Part shown: positions 9,058 through 19,162 of the stretch, piece after piece | Layout: the number at the start of each line of letters is the position of its first letter | Position numbering within the stretch: position 1 is the stretch's first letter | Assembly: GCA_044345375.1 (NCBI GenBank) | Contig: JBIJBF010000002.1 | Coordinates: 46,619-110,618 of the forward strand | Source of the DNA: Alphaproteobacteria bacterium | Lineage (GTDB): Bacteria; Pseudomonadota; Alphaproteobacteria; CAISOG01 | Length of the DNA: 64,000 nucleotides | Reading direction: 5' to 3' | The notes under the pieces: model-generated | Database searches by the model: none | What the model was told of the DNA's origin: nothing | Seen by the model: only the letters and a program-made list of their open reading frames with translations | Program-made: the position numbers and the translations under genes

Positions 9058-9783
9058 TTAAGACATGTATTGCCCGCCGTTGATGGACAGGGTTTCCCCG
9101 TTGATAAAGGCGGCGCGGCTGTCGACCAGAAACAGCACCGCGTGCGCCACCTCCTCAGCCATGCCAAGCCGGCCGGCGGGGATGGTGGCGATCACCTTTT
9201 CCAACACCTCAGGGTGCACCGCGGCGACCATTTCGGTGTTGATATAGCCGGGGGCGATGGCGTTCACCGTAATGCCCTTGCCAGCCGATTCCAGTGCCAA
9301 CGCCTTGGTAAAACCAATCACGCCAGCCTTGGCAGCGGTGTAGTTGGTTTGCCCAACCTGACCCTTTTGCCCGTTGATTGAGGCGATGTTGATGATGCGG
9401 CCGTAACCCCGATCGCGCATGCCGCCAATCACCTGGCGGCACATGTTAAAGCAGGAGTTCAGGTTGGTGACCAGCACCGATGACCACTGCTCAGGCGTCA
9501 TTTTGTGCAGGAAGCCATCGCGGGTGATGCCGGCGTTGTTGATCAAAATCTCCACCGGCCCCAACTGTTCGGCGACCAGGGCGATGCCAGCAGCACAGGC
9601 GTCAAAATCGCCCACATCCCACTGATAGGTAGGAATGCCGGTTTGTTCGGTAAATTTTTTGGCCGCCGCCTGATTGCCGGCGTAGCTGACCGCCACCCGA
9701 TGGCCAGCCTGTTGCAGCGCCAGCGCAATCACCGCGCCGATTCCGCGGGTTCCACCTGTTACCAATGCCACACGATTTGTCAT
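9058..9783 (-). CDS. phbB: Acetoacetyl-CoA reductase (short-chain dehydrogenase/reductase)
   Basis: MTNRVALVTGGTRGIGAVIALAL...NNAGITRD...YTAAKAGVIGFTKALALE...ITVNAIAPGYINTEMV. This is the classical PhaB/FabG-type signature. The preferred start is at 9783. Confidence 0.85.
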   Translation of the reverse strand: MTNRVALVTGGTRGIGAVIALALQQAGHRVAVSYAGNQAAAKKFTEQTGIPTYQWDVGDFDACAAGIALVAEQLGPVEILINNAGITRDGFLHKMTPEQWSSVLVTNLNSCFNMCRQVIGGMRDRGYGRIINIASINGQKGQVGQTNYTAAKAGVIGFTKALALESAGKGITVNAIAPGYINTEMVAAVHPEVLEKVIATIPAGRLGMAEEVAHAVLFLVDSRAAFINGETLSINGGQYMS

Positions 9784-9905
9784 GTATATGTTTCCCACGA
9801 TAGTTTTTTAGGCAGCTTAAGTTTTAGGCAAAAGCTTGGCGTTTGAGAAGGAAAATCTTTGTCCCCCTTGCAAGGGGGGGGCTACCATGGCCGGCTTATA
9901 TCTTC

Positions 9906-10054
9906 TATAGTCATTCCACTTTAAAAACTTACAGTGCTGCAAATGTCATGAGGTCTGCGATACGGTGCTCATGTACCCCATCGGTACACTCCGCTCCGTT
10001 TCTCGACCTCATGACATTTTCGCAGCTGTAACTTTTTAAATTGAAACGACTATA
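9906..10054. mobile_element. 149-bp palindromic MITE-like element, copy 1
   Basis: It has ~27-bp imperfect terminal inverted repeats (TATAGTCATTCCACTTTAAAAACTTAC ... GTAACTTTTTAAATTGAAACGACTATA) and TA-rich flanks. The whole element is a near-perfect palindrome. A second copy, ~95% identical, lies at 47748..47896. Confidence 0.75.
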
Positions 10055-10101
10055 TGGTGTTTTTTTGTTTCCAAAGCCAAGCTCTTTAAGAATTTACCCC
10101 C

Positions 10102-11862
10102 ATGACCAAGCCAACATCGGATTTTCTGCCCAGCAAGTCGTTATGGAAACGCCTGATGCAAGGCTATGTGCGGCGGGAGGTGGGCAGCTTGGCGGTAGCC
10201 CTGCTGTGCATGGCGTTGGCGGCGGGCGCAACGGCGGCCTTGGCCAAGTTGATGGAGCCGGTGCTGGATCAGGTGTTTGTGCAAAAAAACGCGGGCAGCT
10301 TAACCCGCATCGCCGGGCTGGTGCTGGCCACCTTTGTGATCAAGGGGTTGGCCACCTATGGCCAGACCGTGCTGATGACCGGCGTGGGGCTTAGAATCGT
10401 TGCCAGATTGCAAGAACAGGTGGGCAGCCACCTGCTGGGCGCGGATTTGGCCTATTTCCAACGCCACCCCACCGGTGTGCTGTTGACCCATATGATTCAG
10501 GATATTCAGCAGTTGCGCTACGCGGTGTCGAACGCCATCACCGCGATTGGCAAAGACAGCCTGACCCTGATCGCCCTGCTTGCCGTGATGTTCTGGCAGG
10601 ATTGGCGCCTGGCCTGTCTGGCCTTTATCGCCTTTCCGGTGGCGATTTTGCCGATTCGTTGGATTGGTCGGCGGGTACGGCGTGAGGCGGCCAGTGCGCA
10701 GGTGCAGCAGGCCAACCTCTCAAGCCTGTTGATGCAGCTGTTTCAGGGCATTCGCTACGTCAAGGCCTATGGGGCTGAGGGGGTGGAGTCGGCGCGGCTG
10801 GCGGCGCAGGTGGCCGACACCCAAACCCACCAGATGATGCTAACGCGGGTTAAGGCGGCGGCGCACCCCCTGATGGAGGGGTTGGGGGGCGTGGCGATCG
10901 TGCTGGTGATCATTTATGGCGGCGAGCAGGTGATGGCCGGCACCCGCACCACCGGCAGCTTTTTCTCTTTCATCACCGCCCTGCTGCTGGCCTATGAGCC
11001 GCTCAAACGCCTGACCCATCTGAACGCCAATCTGCAGGAGGGGTTGGCGAGTGCCGCCCGGGTGTTTGCCCTGCTCGACACCCCAAGGCAGGTGGTGGAT
11101 ATCCATGGCGCCGCTGCCCTGCGATCCAGCGGCGGTGAAATTCGGTTCGATCAGGTCAGCTTTGGCTATAGCGACGAACAATCGGTGCTTGACCGCCTAA
11201 GCTTTACCATTCCCGCGGGGCAAACGGTGGCGATTGTTGGGCCATCGGGGGCTGGCAAATCCACCATTGCCAACCTGATGCTGCGCTTTCAGGATCCTTT
11301 GGCTGGGCAGGTGCTGGTGGATGGCCAGGATATCGCCGCGGTGACCCAGGCCAGCCTGCGCCAATCGATCGCCTTTGTGGGTCAAGAAATTTACCTGTTT
11401 AACGCCAGCGTTAAGGATAATGTTGCGTATAATCAGGAACATGCCAGCCAGAAAAACATTGAATCGGCGGTGGCGGCGGCGGGCGCGGCCGGTTTTGTGG
11501 CGGAACTGCCCGATGGCTTGGCAAGTTTGGTGGGCGAATTGGGCAACCGCCTGTCGGGCGGCCAGCGGCAACGCATCGCCCTGGCCAGAGCGTTGCTGCG
11601 CGATGCGCCAATTCTGTTGTTGGATGAGGCCACCTCAGCCCTTGACCCGGAATCCGAACGCCACGTGCTGGCCAGCCTAAAACGGCTGCGGATGGGCAAA
11701 ACCACGGTGATGATCGCCCACCGCCTGTCAACCATTGTCGACGCCGACCAAATCTTGGTCCTATCAGCCGGCCAGTTGGTTGAGCAGGGACGGCACGAGA
11801 AACTGCTGGCCAGCGGCGGCCTGTACAGCCAACTTTATCAGCAACCTGAGGGGGGTGCGTAA
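10102..11862 (+). CDS. ABC transporter permease/ATPase, MsbA-like lipid exporter family
   Basis: 586 aa. The N-terminal region has 6 TM segments. The C-terminal NBD carries Walker A GPSGAGKST, the signature LSGGQRQRIALARALL and Walker B ILLLDEATSALD. Confidence 0.85.
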   Translation: MTKPTSDFLPSKSLWKRLMQGYVRREVGSLAVALLCMALAAGATAALAKLMEPVLDQVFVQKNAGSLTRIAGLVLATFVIKGLATYGQTVLMTGVGLRIVARLQEQVGSHLLGADLAYFQRHPTGVLLTHMIQDIQQLRYAVSNAITAIGKDSLTLIALLAVMFWQDWRLACLAFIAFPVAILPIRWIGRRVRREAASAQVQQANLSSLLMQLFQGIRYVKAYGAEGVESARLAAQVADTQTHQMMLTRVKAAAHPLMEGLGGVAIVLVIIYGGEQVMAGTRTTGSFFSFITALLLAYEPLKRLTHLNANLQEGLASAARVFALLDTPRQVVDIHGAAALRSSGGEIRFDQVSFGYSDEQSVLDRLSFTIPAGQTVAIVGPSGAGKSTIANLMLRFQDPLAGQVLVDGQDIAAVTQASLRQSIAFVGQEIYLFNASVKDNVAYNQEHASQKNIESAVAAAGAAGFVAELPDGLASLVGELGNRLSGGQRQRIALARALLRDAPILLLDEATSALDPESERHVLASLKRLRMGKTTVMIAHRLSTIVDADQILVLSAGQLVEQGRHEKLLASGGLYSQLYQQPEGGA

Positions 11863-11872
11863 GGCGATCGTA

Positions 11873-11928
11873 AATTCCCCTCCCGCGGAGGGGTGGCAGG
11901 CGCAGCCTGACGGGGTGGTTTTTTCAGG
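11873..11928. repeat. REP-like GC-rich palindromic unit (locus A)
   Basis: aattcccctcccgcggaggggtggcaggcgcagcctgacggggtgg. This is the same unit family as at 13606, 41286, 46383 and 56566. Confidence 0.8.
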
Positions 11929-11932
11929 GTGT

Positions 11933-13447
11933 TTAACGCCCCCTTTCCTGCTCTGCCAGCCTTTGCGCATCTAGATATGCCAGCGTTTCCTGTGCCGCTT
12001 GTTTGACCACGGAATCTGTCGCTTCAGCTGCGATGATTCGTAGTGTTTTGTCTGCATCTGGTGCAAGATTTCCTACCGCTTGGAAGCCCTGAATAATGGT
12101 TTGCCGCACATAACGATCGTCTTGTGTATCTTCGGCTATCCTTAACAGTGTTTCTTGTAATGGGAAATCTTGGGGTGTTTTTTGCAGAAGTGCGGTGATC
12201 GCGGCGCAACGCAGGCCAGGTGAGTTTCCTTTATAGGTTGCGGTTTCTAGCCATCTCTCGTGCGAATTTTTATTCTGATCTATAGATGTTATCGTTTCTA
12301 TCGCAGATTCCTTGACCAAGGAATCTGTCGCTTTGTTCGCGATCATGTGTAGTTTTGTGTATGCATTTGGTTCAAGGTTTTCTACCCCTTGGAAACCCTT
12401 AATAATAGCAACCCTAAGGTCAAAAATTTCTGCTTCATTTTCTGCTATTTCTAAAATTTTTAATTGCATGGAGTAATCTTGGGGTAGATATTGCAAAAGT
12501 TTGGTAATCGCTGTTTGACGTTTGCTAAGACATAGGTCTGCATTATTTGCGTTTCTACACAAATCATTTTTATTTTTTTCTAAATCAACAGACTTCAGCG
12601 TGCTATTTATATCGTTTTTTACATATTGAACCCGATGTCGTGCTGCAATTTGTTGTAGTCTTTTGTATATATTTGGTTTGGAGTATGCTATTCCGGAGAA
12701 ATTACCAATAATATTTTGTATTAATTGGCATTCTGGCGAGTAATCGTTTGTTTCTGTGTTTTCAATAACTGTTAACAAGCAATTTTGAACATGTTCATTG
12801 TTTGGCATAAGATACAAAAGAACATTAATTATTTGGATTTTATTTTTTAAATATTCTTCTTGATTGATGGCGATTTCACGCAGCCACTCTCTAACCGTCG
12901 AATGATGCCAAGCATGACGATTCCTAGGATCTGTTATATAATCCAAGATTTGCTGATGTGATTGTTGTGATTGCCGTGCGGCCGTTGTAAGAACTTGGCT
13001 AGCTCTATTAGAAAGTTCAGGGTGGCTTCTGCCGATACAGTCGCCTATTTCCTTCATGACTTCTGGGTTTTCTATCGATGGGACAAGAGCATTGATTGCT
13101 GCAAGGCCAACAACGACATGCTCGGGAGAATGTTCGTGTAACAAGGCACCAATCACCTCTTGTAGCTCGGCATTTCCTGAAACGGTATGGCCTAAGGCAT
13201 TAATCGCCGCTGCGCGAATCTCCGGTAATCGTTGCGTGTTTTGAGCGCAGGTCAGCAACTCCTGTTGCACAACAGGATATTTTGCATAGTTTTTGAAAAT
13301 CCAGATGAGAGTTTTAGTATTCGGACCGTTTTCACTGAAAACAAGATCTTTCGGATCATTAAGCCGTGGCAGCAATTTCTCGAAGAACAGCTCTGCCCAA
13401 AACCCCATTGGACGCACAAATTCCGCTGAAACTTCTGTTGTGCCCAT
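11933..13447 (-). CDS. HEAT-repeat (PBS-lyase-like) protein, hypothetical
   Basis: 504-aa ORF made of degenerate HEAT-like helical repeats. Most of the gene is AT-rich (12250-13450) and the 3' part has a diverged internal tandem duplication. It is flanked on both sides by REP-like elements. Confidence 0.6.
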   Translation of the reverse strand: MGTTEVSAEFVRPMGFWAELFFEKLLPRLNDPKDLVFSENGPNTKTLIWIFKNYAKYPVVQQELLTCAQNTQRLPEIRAAAINALGHTVSGNAELQEVIGALLHEHSPEHVVVGLAAINALVPSIENPEVMKEIGDCIGRSHPELSNRASQVLTTAARQSQQSHQQILDYITDPRNRHAWHHSTVREWLREIAINQEEYLKNKIQIINVLLYLMPNNEHVQNCLLTVIENTETNDYSPECQLIQNIIGNFSGIAYSKPNIYKRLQQIAARHRVQYVKNDINSTLKSVDLEKNKNDLCRNANNADLCLSKRQTAITKLLQYLPQDYSMQLKILEIAENEAEIFDLRVAIIKGFQGVENLEPNAYTKLHMIANKATDSLVKESAIETITSIDQNKNSHERWLETATYKGNSPGLRCAAITALLQKTPQDFPLQETLLRIAEDTQDDRYVRQTIIQGFQAVGNLAPDADKTLRIIAAEATDSVVKQAAQETLAYLDAQRLAEQERGR

Positions 13448-13605
13448 GAAAAACCCCTTAAGAAAGATATCAACGAATAAAACTATATTTTATTTTAAAT
13501 GTCAATAAATGTTATTGTAGCATAGGGTTTTTGGTTTGGTGTTGCTGTTGGCGTGCCTGGCCCGTTAGGCTGTGCCGGACAAAGCGGGGGGGCGCAAAGA
13601 AAGAA

Positions 13606-13706
13606 CCACCCCGTCAGGCTTCGCCTGCCACCCCTCCGCGGGAGGGGAATAAGTAAGACGTCCCTAAATTCCCCTCCTGCGGAGGGGTGCCCGAAGGGCG
13701 GGGTGG
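13606..13706. repeat. REP-like element cluster (two inverted units), locus B
   Basis: ccaccccgtcaggcttcgcctgccacccctccgcgggaggggaat, then after a spacer the inverted unit aattcccctcctgcggaggggtgcccgaagggcggggtgg. It lies directly downstream of rho and the HEAT gene. Confidence 0.8.
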
Positions 13707-13740
13707 TTCTTGCGGGTAATACCCCGTCAGAAAGCAACTC

Positions 13741-15003
13741 CTACTTATTCATTTCTTCGATGAAGTCGCTGTTGCTTTTGCTGGTGCGGATTTTTTCCAG
13801 CAGAAAGTCTAGGGCTTCGTTGGCGCTGCCGTAGTGGTTGATCATCATCCGCCGCAGCATGTTGACCCGTTGGAAGGCGGTTTTTTCGACAAAGCGATCG
13901 TCCATGCGGGTGCCGCTTTTGATGATGTCGATGGCGGGATAGGTGCGTTTGTCGGCCACCTTGCGGTCTAGGACGATTTCTGAGTTGCCGGTTCCCTTGA
14001 ACTCCTCAAAAATCACCTCATCCATCCGGCTGCCGGTTTCAATCAAGACCGAGCCGATGATGGTCAGGCTGCCGCCCTCCTCAATATTTCTGGCTGAGCC
14101 GAACAGGCGTTTGGGGCGTTGCATCGCGTTGGCGTCCACCCCACCGGTCAACACCTTGCCAGAAGATGGCACCACGGTGTTATAGGCGCGGGCCAGGCGG
14201 TTGATCGAATCCAGCAAAATCACGACATCGCGTTTGTGCTCGCACAGCCGGCGGGCGCGCTCAATCACCATTTCGGCCACCTGCACATGGCGGCTGGCGG
14301 GCTCATCAAAGGTTGAGCTGACCACCTCACCCTTAACCGATCGCAACATATCCGTCACCTCCTCAGGCCGCTCATCGATCAGCAGCACGATCAAGAAGAC
14401 CTCAGGGTGGTTGGCGGCGATCGAATCGGCGATGTTTTTCATCAGCACCGTTTTACCGGTACGGGTGGGCGCGACGATCAGCGTGCGCTGGCCCTTGCCC
14501 TGCGGGATCATCAGATCGATCACCCGGCCGGTGACATCCTTGGTGTCGGCCTTGTCCCGCTCCAGCGTGAAACGCTCGGTCGGGAACAGGGCGGTGTTGT
14601 TCTCAAAGGCAATCCGATGCCGCACCTGCTCAGGCGCATCGGAATTGACCTGATCGACCTTGGTCAGGGCAAAATACCGCTCGCCATCCTTGGGCGCGCG
14701 AATTTCCCCCTCCAACGCATCGCCGGTGCGCAGACCCCATTTTTTGATGTGCGAGGGGGTGACGTAAATATCATCGGGCCCGGGCAGATAATTGGCCTCA
14801 ACCGATCGCAAAAAGCCAAAGCCATCGGGCAACACCTCAATCACCCCACCGCCGGTAATGGTGATGTCTTGCTCGGTCAAACATTTCAAAATGGCAAACA
14901 TCATGTCTTGTTTGCGCATCATCGAAATATTTTCGATCTGCAAACTCTCGGCATAGGCCTGCAGTTCGGCGGGTTTCTTGCGTTTTAACTCGTTGAGATT
15001 CAT
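13741..15003 (-). CDS. rho: Transcription termination factor Rho
   Basis: 420 aa. The N-terminus [25 protein letters not shown], the RNA-binding domain and Walker A (APTRTGKT) are present. Confidence 0.92.
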   Translation of the reverse strand: MNLNELKRKKPAELQAYAESLQIENISMMRKQDMMFAILKCLTEQDITITGGGVIEVLPDGFGFLRSVEANYLPGPDDIYVTPSHIKKWGLRTGDALEGEIRAPKDGERYFALTKVDQVNSDAPEQVRHRIAFENNTALFPTERFTLERDKADTKDVTGRVIDLMIPQGKGQRTLIVAPTRTGKTVLMKNIADSIAANHPEVFLIVLLIDERPEEVTDMLRSVKGEVVSSTFDEPASRHVQVAEMVIERARRLCEHKRDVVILLDSINRLARAYNTVVPSSGKVLTGGVDANAMQRPKRLFGSARNIEEGGSLTIIGSVLIETGSRMDEVIFEEFKGTGNSEIVLDRKVADKRTYPAIDIIKSGTRMDDRFVEKTAFQRVNMLRRMMINHYGSANEALDFLLEKIRTSKSNSDFIEEMNK

Positions 15004-15247
15004 GGGTGTGTCGTCCTAGCAAACAGAACAGTTGGGATGTGATGATGGAATTGGTCAGAACGACCGTCTATTGCCTGCGTAAAAGGGGTAAAGCCTAAGC
15101 ACATCATGGAAAAAGAGTAATGGGAAAAGCCGCAAAGCTTTTGCCCAATGGTTGTCTCGCCCAATGATTGCCTGCAATGATCTTGGCAAAATCATTCTAC
15201 CATGAAGTCATTAGCAGTTTCTAAAAAAGTCAGCAAGTGATTTTGTT

Positions 15248-15275
15248 GGTGGTGGACGAAAACGAAAATGCTCTA
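15248..15275 (-). repeat. Stop-codon-overlapping 3' motif, copy 4 (sense on minus strand: TAGAGCATTTTCGTTTTCGTCCACCAC)
   Basis: It begins at the TAG stop of putA (CTA 15273-15275). Confidence 0.7.
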
Positions 15276-18200
15276 CCCCAGCACCATCAGGCTGGCGTTA
15301 CCGCCGGCGGCTGCGGTGTTGGTGCTGATGGCGCGTTCGATCACCAGCCGTTCCAACGGCAACCCTGACGATTCCTGATCAAGGGTGATCAGCGGAATGA
15401 TCGCGCCATCGCGCTTCGCCAGCGCCTGCGCGGTGCTAAGGCGCGCGGCCGCATCGCCGTGCAGCACCACCGCCCCCAACTCCACCTCAGCATGCTGCCA
15501 ATCCGTCACCAGCGTGATGGCCGCCTGCACCAAGGCGGGCAGGCGTTGCAGCAGCGGTTTTGCCTCTATTGGCCACAGCACGCTGCAGCCCAGATTCAGC
15601 AGGGCGGCCAGCTGCATCAGGCGATCCTCCTCCCGCACAGCCAGGCTCAGCACCGATTGCCGTGGCAGCAGCTGGTAGCGGTTTTCCTCCCCCGTTGGCC
15701 CAGTCAGCAGGCTGTCGAATAGCAGCGGCGGTGCGCTTTGATAAGCGATCGCGCGGGCAGCCACCGCTGGATAACCATTGGCCTTCGCCCAGATTTGCAT
15801 AACCTCTAAGGCCTCAGCATTGGCCAAGCGGCGCGGGGTCAGCTGTTGCGAATCCCCCGCAAATGTGGCCGCGACGGTCAGCATGTCGGCCGGTGCCTCG
15901 GCCAGCAGCCGGCTTAGATAAAGCGGCCCGCCTGCCTTGGGGCCTGTGCCAGAAAGACCCTCCCCACCAAAGGGCTGCACGCCCACCACCGCGCCCACCA
16001 TGTTGCGGTTGACATAGATATTGCCAGCCTTCGCCCGCGCCACCACCGCCTCGATCACGCTGTCCAGACGGGTGTGGAGGCCAAAGGTCAGCCCATAGCC
16101 GGTGGCGTTGATCTGATCGATCAGCGGCAGCAGACCCCCCTGCTTAAAGGTGATCACATGCAGAATTGGCCCAAACACCTCCCCCTGCAGGTCATCCAGC
16201 TGGTTCAGGGTGATCAGGGTTGGCTGGATGAACAGGCCGTGCTGTTGGTCAGGTGCCGAGAGTTGGCCAAGCGGCACCACCCTAAGGCCGCGCTGTTGCA
16301 TCGCCGCCACATGCGCCTCCAGCCGTTGCAGGGCGGTGGGGTCGATGATTGGGCCGATGTCGGTGGCAAGCGCAGCAGGGTTGCCCAACTGCAGCTGGGC
16401 CATTGCGCCCTGCAGCATGGTCAGCAACGCTGGCGCCACCTCCTCCTGCACGCAAAGCACCCGCAGGGCTGAGCAGCGTTGACCAGCGCTGTCAAAGGCT
16501 GAGGTCAGGATATCGCCCACCACCTGCTCCAACAGGGCTGAGGAATCGACGATCATCGCATTTTGGCCACCGGTTTCGGCAATAAAGGTCACGGGGCGGC
16601 CACGGCTGTCCAGCCGTTGGGCGAGTTGGCGTTGGATCAGGCGGGCCACCGCGGTTGATCCGGTAAACAACACCCCCTCAACCCTGGCATCGCCCACCAA
16701 TTGCGCGCCGAGCGTGGCGCCAGAGCCGGGCAGCAGTTGCAGCGCGGTTTTGGGAATGCCCGCCTGCCACAACAGCTTAACGGTTTCGGCGGCGATCAAC
16801 CCGGTTGGTTCGGCCGGTTTGGCCAGCACCTTATTGCCCGCCGCCAATGCCGCAACGATCTGACCGGTGAAAATCGCCAGCGGGAAGTTCCATGGGCTGA
16901 TGCACAGCACCACGCCCAAGGGGGTTGGCGGCGCATCAGTGGGGTCAAGCAGGCCGCTGCGCAACTGGGCGGCGTAATAGTGCAAAAAGTCCACCGCCTC
17001 CCGCAGTTCGGATAGCGCGTTGAAACAAGTTTTGCCAGCCTCACGCATCAGCAGGCTTAGCAGCATTGGGCGCTGCTGTTGCAGCAACTGGGCGGCCTGA
17101 TCCAACATGTCCGCGCGCCTTGCCAGTGGGGTTGCTGCCCAGCTGATATCGCTATGGGCAAGCGCCAGCGCGTGTTCCGCCTCAGCCAAGGTGGCGTGGC
17201 GCAGCTGGCCAACCAGCTCAGCTCTATCGGCGGGGTTATAGACGTCGGTAACGGCGGTGATGCTGTCCACCACTAACGGCGCGGCCAGCAGCGGGCCCGC
17301 GCTCCAGACCGTGGTTTTCAGGGTATCCAGTTGGTCGCTAAGGGCGGCAAGCGCCAGTTCGTTGCGCAGATCAAGCCCCGCCGCATTGGGACGCTTCGCG
17401 CCATACAGCTTGGGTGGTTGGGGGATGCCAGCATGCGCCGCCCCATGCCCACCCTGCGCCTCAATCAGGGTGAACGGATCTTGCAGCAGCTGGTCGATGG
17501 CGACCATTGGGTTGGCCAGCTGGTTGACGAATGAGCTGTTGGCGCCGTTTTCCAGCAGGCGGCGCACCAGATAGGCCAGCAGCGTTTCATGGGTGCCCAC
17601 CGGCGCATAGACGCGGCACGGACGGGCAATGTTGGTGGCATTGGGGGGCACCTGATCATACAGGGCATCGCCCATGCCGTGCAGGCATTGAAACTCATAA
17701 GTGTCATGAGCGCGGTTCACCGCCCCCGCCAACTGCTCAACCATCGCCACGGTCAGGGCGTTGTGGGTGGCAAACTGCGGGTAGATTTGCTCAGAGGCCG
17801 CCAACAGCTTTTGCGCGCAAACCAAATAGGACAGATCGGTGTGGGTTTTTTGGGTGAACACCGGATAGTCGGCCAGCCCCGCCAGCTGTGCGCGTTTGAT
17901 TTCGCTGTCCCAATAGGCACCCTTGACCAGCCGCACCATCAACCGCCGCTGGTGGTGTTTGGCCAAATCGATGATGTGGTCGATCACATAGGGGCAGCGT
18001 TTCTGATAGGCCTGCACCACAAAGCCCAACCCCTGCCAGCCGGCCAGCGTGGGCGCCTGACAAAGCTGCTCAAGCAGGTCAAGGGAGATGTCCAGCCGTT
18101 CCGCCTCCTCAGCATCAATATTCAGGCCGATGTCGTAATGCTTGGCCAGCTCAGCCAACTCCAGCAGATCGGGCGCCAATTCTGTCAACACCCGTGCCCG

Positions 18201-19037
18201 TTGGGTGCGGTCATAGCGGGGGTGCAGCGCGGAAAGCTTGATGGAAATGCCAGGCCCCTCATGCACGCCGCGCCCGTCCGCCTGCCGGCCGATCGCGTGG
18301 ATGGCATCCAGATAGGCCTGTTTATAGGTGGCCGCGTCTTTTGCCGTCAGCGCGGCCTCCCCCAACATATCATCGGAGTAGCGAAAGCCCTTGGCCTCCA
18401 TCGCCCGCGCCCTGACCAGCGCTGCATCGATGGTCTCCCCCATCACAAATTGCTGGCCAAGCACGCGCATCCCAAGCCCCACCGCCCTGCGGATCAGTGG
18501 CGCGGTCAAACGGTAGGTCAGCCGTTTCAGTGTCTGGGCGGTGCTAGCAGCATCAACATTGGTCAATTGGCCGGTCAGCACCAGGCCAAGGGTGGCGGTG
18601 TTCACTAGCGTTGACGCACTTTTCCCCACATGGCGTCCCCATTGCTGGCGCGCCAATTTGTCGCGGATCAGGGCATCTCTGGTGGCGGCATCGGGAATGC
18701 GCAAAAAGGCCTCAGCCAGGCACATCAGGGCGATCCCCTCAGCCAGCGACAGGCCGTATTCCTGCAACAATCCCTGCACCAAATTGCGGCGCGTGGCGGC
18801 GGGATTGCTCCTGCGGGCCTGCTCAACCAGCTGGCGGGCGGTTGCCTTAGCGTTCAGCCGCAAGTCTTGGGGGAATGTTGCCGCCGCCAGCAGCGCGGCC
18901 ACCACCTGACCTTCCGGCAACAGGGTGGCATCGCTGATCGCCTGCCGCAGGGGGGGCAGGGTTGCGGGCTGGCGGTCATTTAGGTGGGAAGCAACAGACA
19001 TGGAACGCTCAATATGGGCAGAGGGGTTGGGAGACAT
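15273..19037 (-). CDS. putA: Bifunctional proline dehydrogenase / delta-1-pyrroline-5-carboxylate dehydrogenase
   Basis: 1254 aa with a PutA-type N-terminal region, a proline dehydrogenase barrel and a C-terminal aldehyde dehydrogenase domain (FTGSTAVARLI, ETGGQNAMIVD). Confidence 0.9.
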   Translation of the reverse strand: MSPNPSAHIERSMSVASHLNDRQPATLPPLRQAISDATLLPEGQVVAALLAAATFPQDLRLNAKATARQLVEQARRSNPAATRRNLVQGLLQEYGLSLAEGIALMCLAEAFLRIPDAATRDALIRDKLARQQWGRHVGKSASTLVNTATLGLVLTGQLTNVDAASTAQTLKRLTYRLTAPLIRRAVGLGMRVLGQQFVMGETIDAALVRARAMEAKGFRYSDDMLGEAALTAKDAATYKQAYLDAIHAIGRQADGRGVHEGPGISIKLSALHPRYDRTQRARVLTELAPDLLELAELAKHYDIGLNIDAEEAERLDISLDLLEQLCQAPTLAGWQGLGFVVQAYQKRCPYVIDHIIDLAKHHQRRLMVRLVKGAYWDSEIKRAQLAGLADYPVFTQKTHTDLSYLVCAQKLLAASEQIYPQFATHNALTVAMVEQLAGAVNRAHDTYEFQCLHGMGDALYDQVPPNATNIARPCRVYAPVGTHETLLAYLVRRLLENGANSSFVNQLANPMVAIDQLLQDPFTLIEAQGGHGAAHAGIPQPPKLYGAKRPNAAGLDLRNELALAALSDQLDTLKTTVWSAGPLLAAPLVVDSITAVTDVYNPADRAELVGQLRHATLAEAEHALALAHSDISWAATPLARRADMLDQAAQLLQQQRPMLLSLLMREAGKTCFNALSELREAVDFLHYYAAQLRSGLLDPTDAPPTPLGVVLCISPWNFPLAIFTGQIVAALAAGNKVLAKPAEPTGLIAAETVKLLWQAGIPKTALQLLPGSGATLGAQLVGDARVEGVLFTGSTAVARLIQRQLAQRLDSRGRPVTFIAETGGQNAMIVDSSALLEQVVGDILTSAFDSAGQRCSALRVLCVQEEVAPALLTMLQGAMAQLQLGNPAALATDIGPIIDPTALQRLEAHVAAMQQRGLRVVPLGQLSAPDQQHGLFIQPTLITLNQLDDLQGEVFGPILHVITFKQGGLLPLIDQINATGYGLTFGLHTRLDSVIEAVVARAKAGNIYVNRNMVGAVVGVQPFGGEGLSGTGPKAGGPLYLSRLLAEAPADMLTVAATFAGDSQQLTPRRLANAEALEVMQIWAKANGYPAVAARAIAYQSAPPLLFDSLLTGPTGEENRYQLLPRQSVLSLAVREEDRLMQLAALLNLGCSVLWPIEAKPLLQRLPALVQAAITLVTDWQHAEVELGAVVLHGDAAARLSTAQALAKRDGAIIPLITLDQESSGLPLERLVIERAISTNTAAAGGNASLMVLG

Positions 19038-19162
19038 GGTGATCCTTAAAAAAAACTGGTCTCAAAAAACACGGCCGTATCATGACAGGCGTTGTCGTGC
19101 TTGCAAAGTGGTTGGTGGCATGAGAATATCAAAAAAATTCTTTTAATGGGGTGGTAATAAAA

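Noticed and set aside
9862-9882. Hairpin CCCCCTTGCAAGGGGGGG just left of MITE copy 1
   Set aside because: It sits in the promoter region upstream of both divergent genes, with no gene terminating there. It may be part of the element's flank but there is no support for a functional call.
13606-13706. REP clusters (also 41286..41419, 46383..46468) considered as possible CRISPR arrays
   Set aside because: The units are inverted and palindromic, not direct. They number at most 2-3. They have no regular unique spacers, and no cas genes are nearby.
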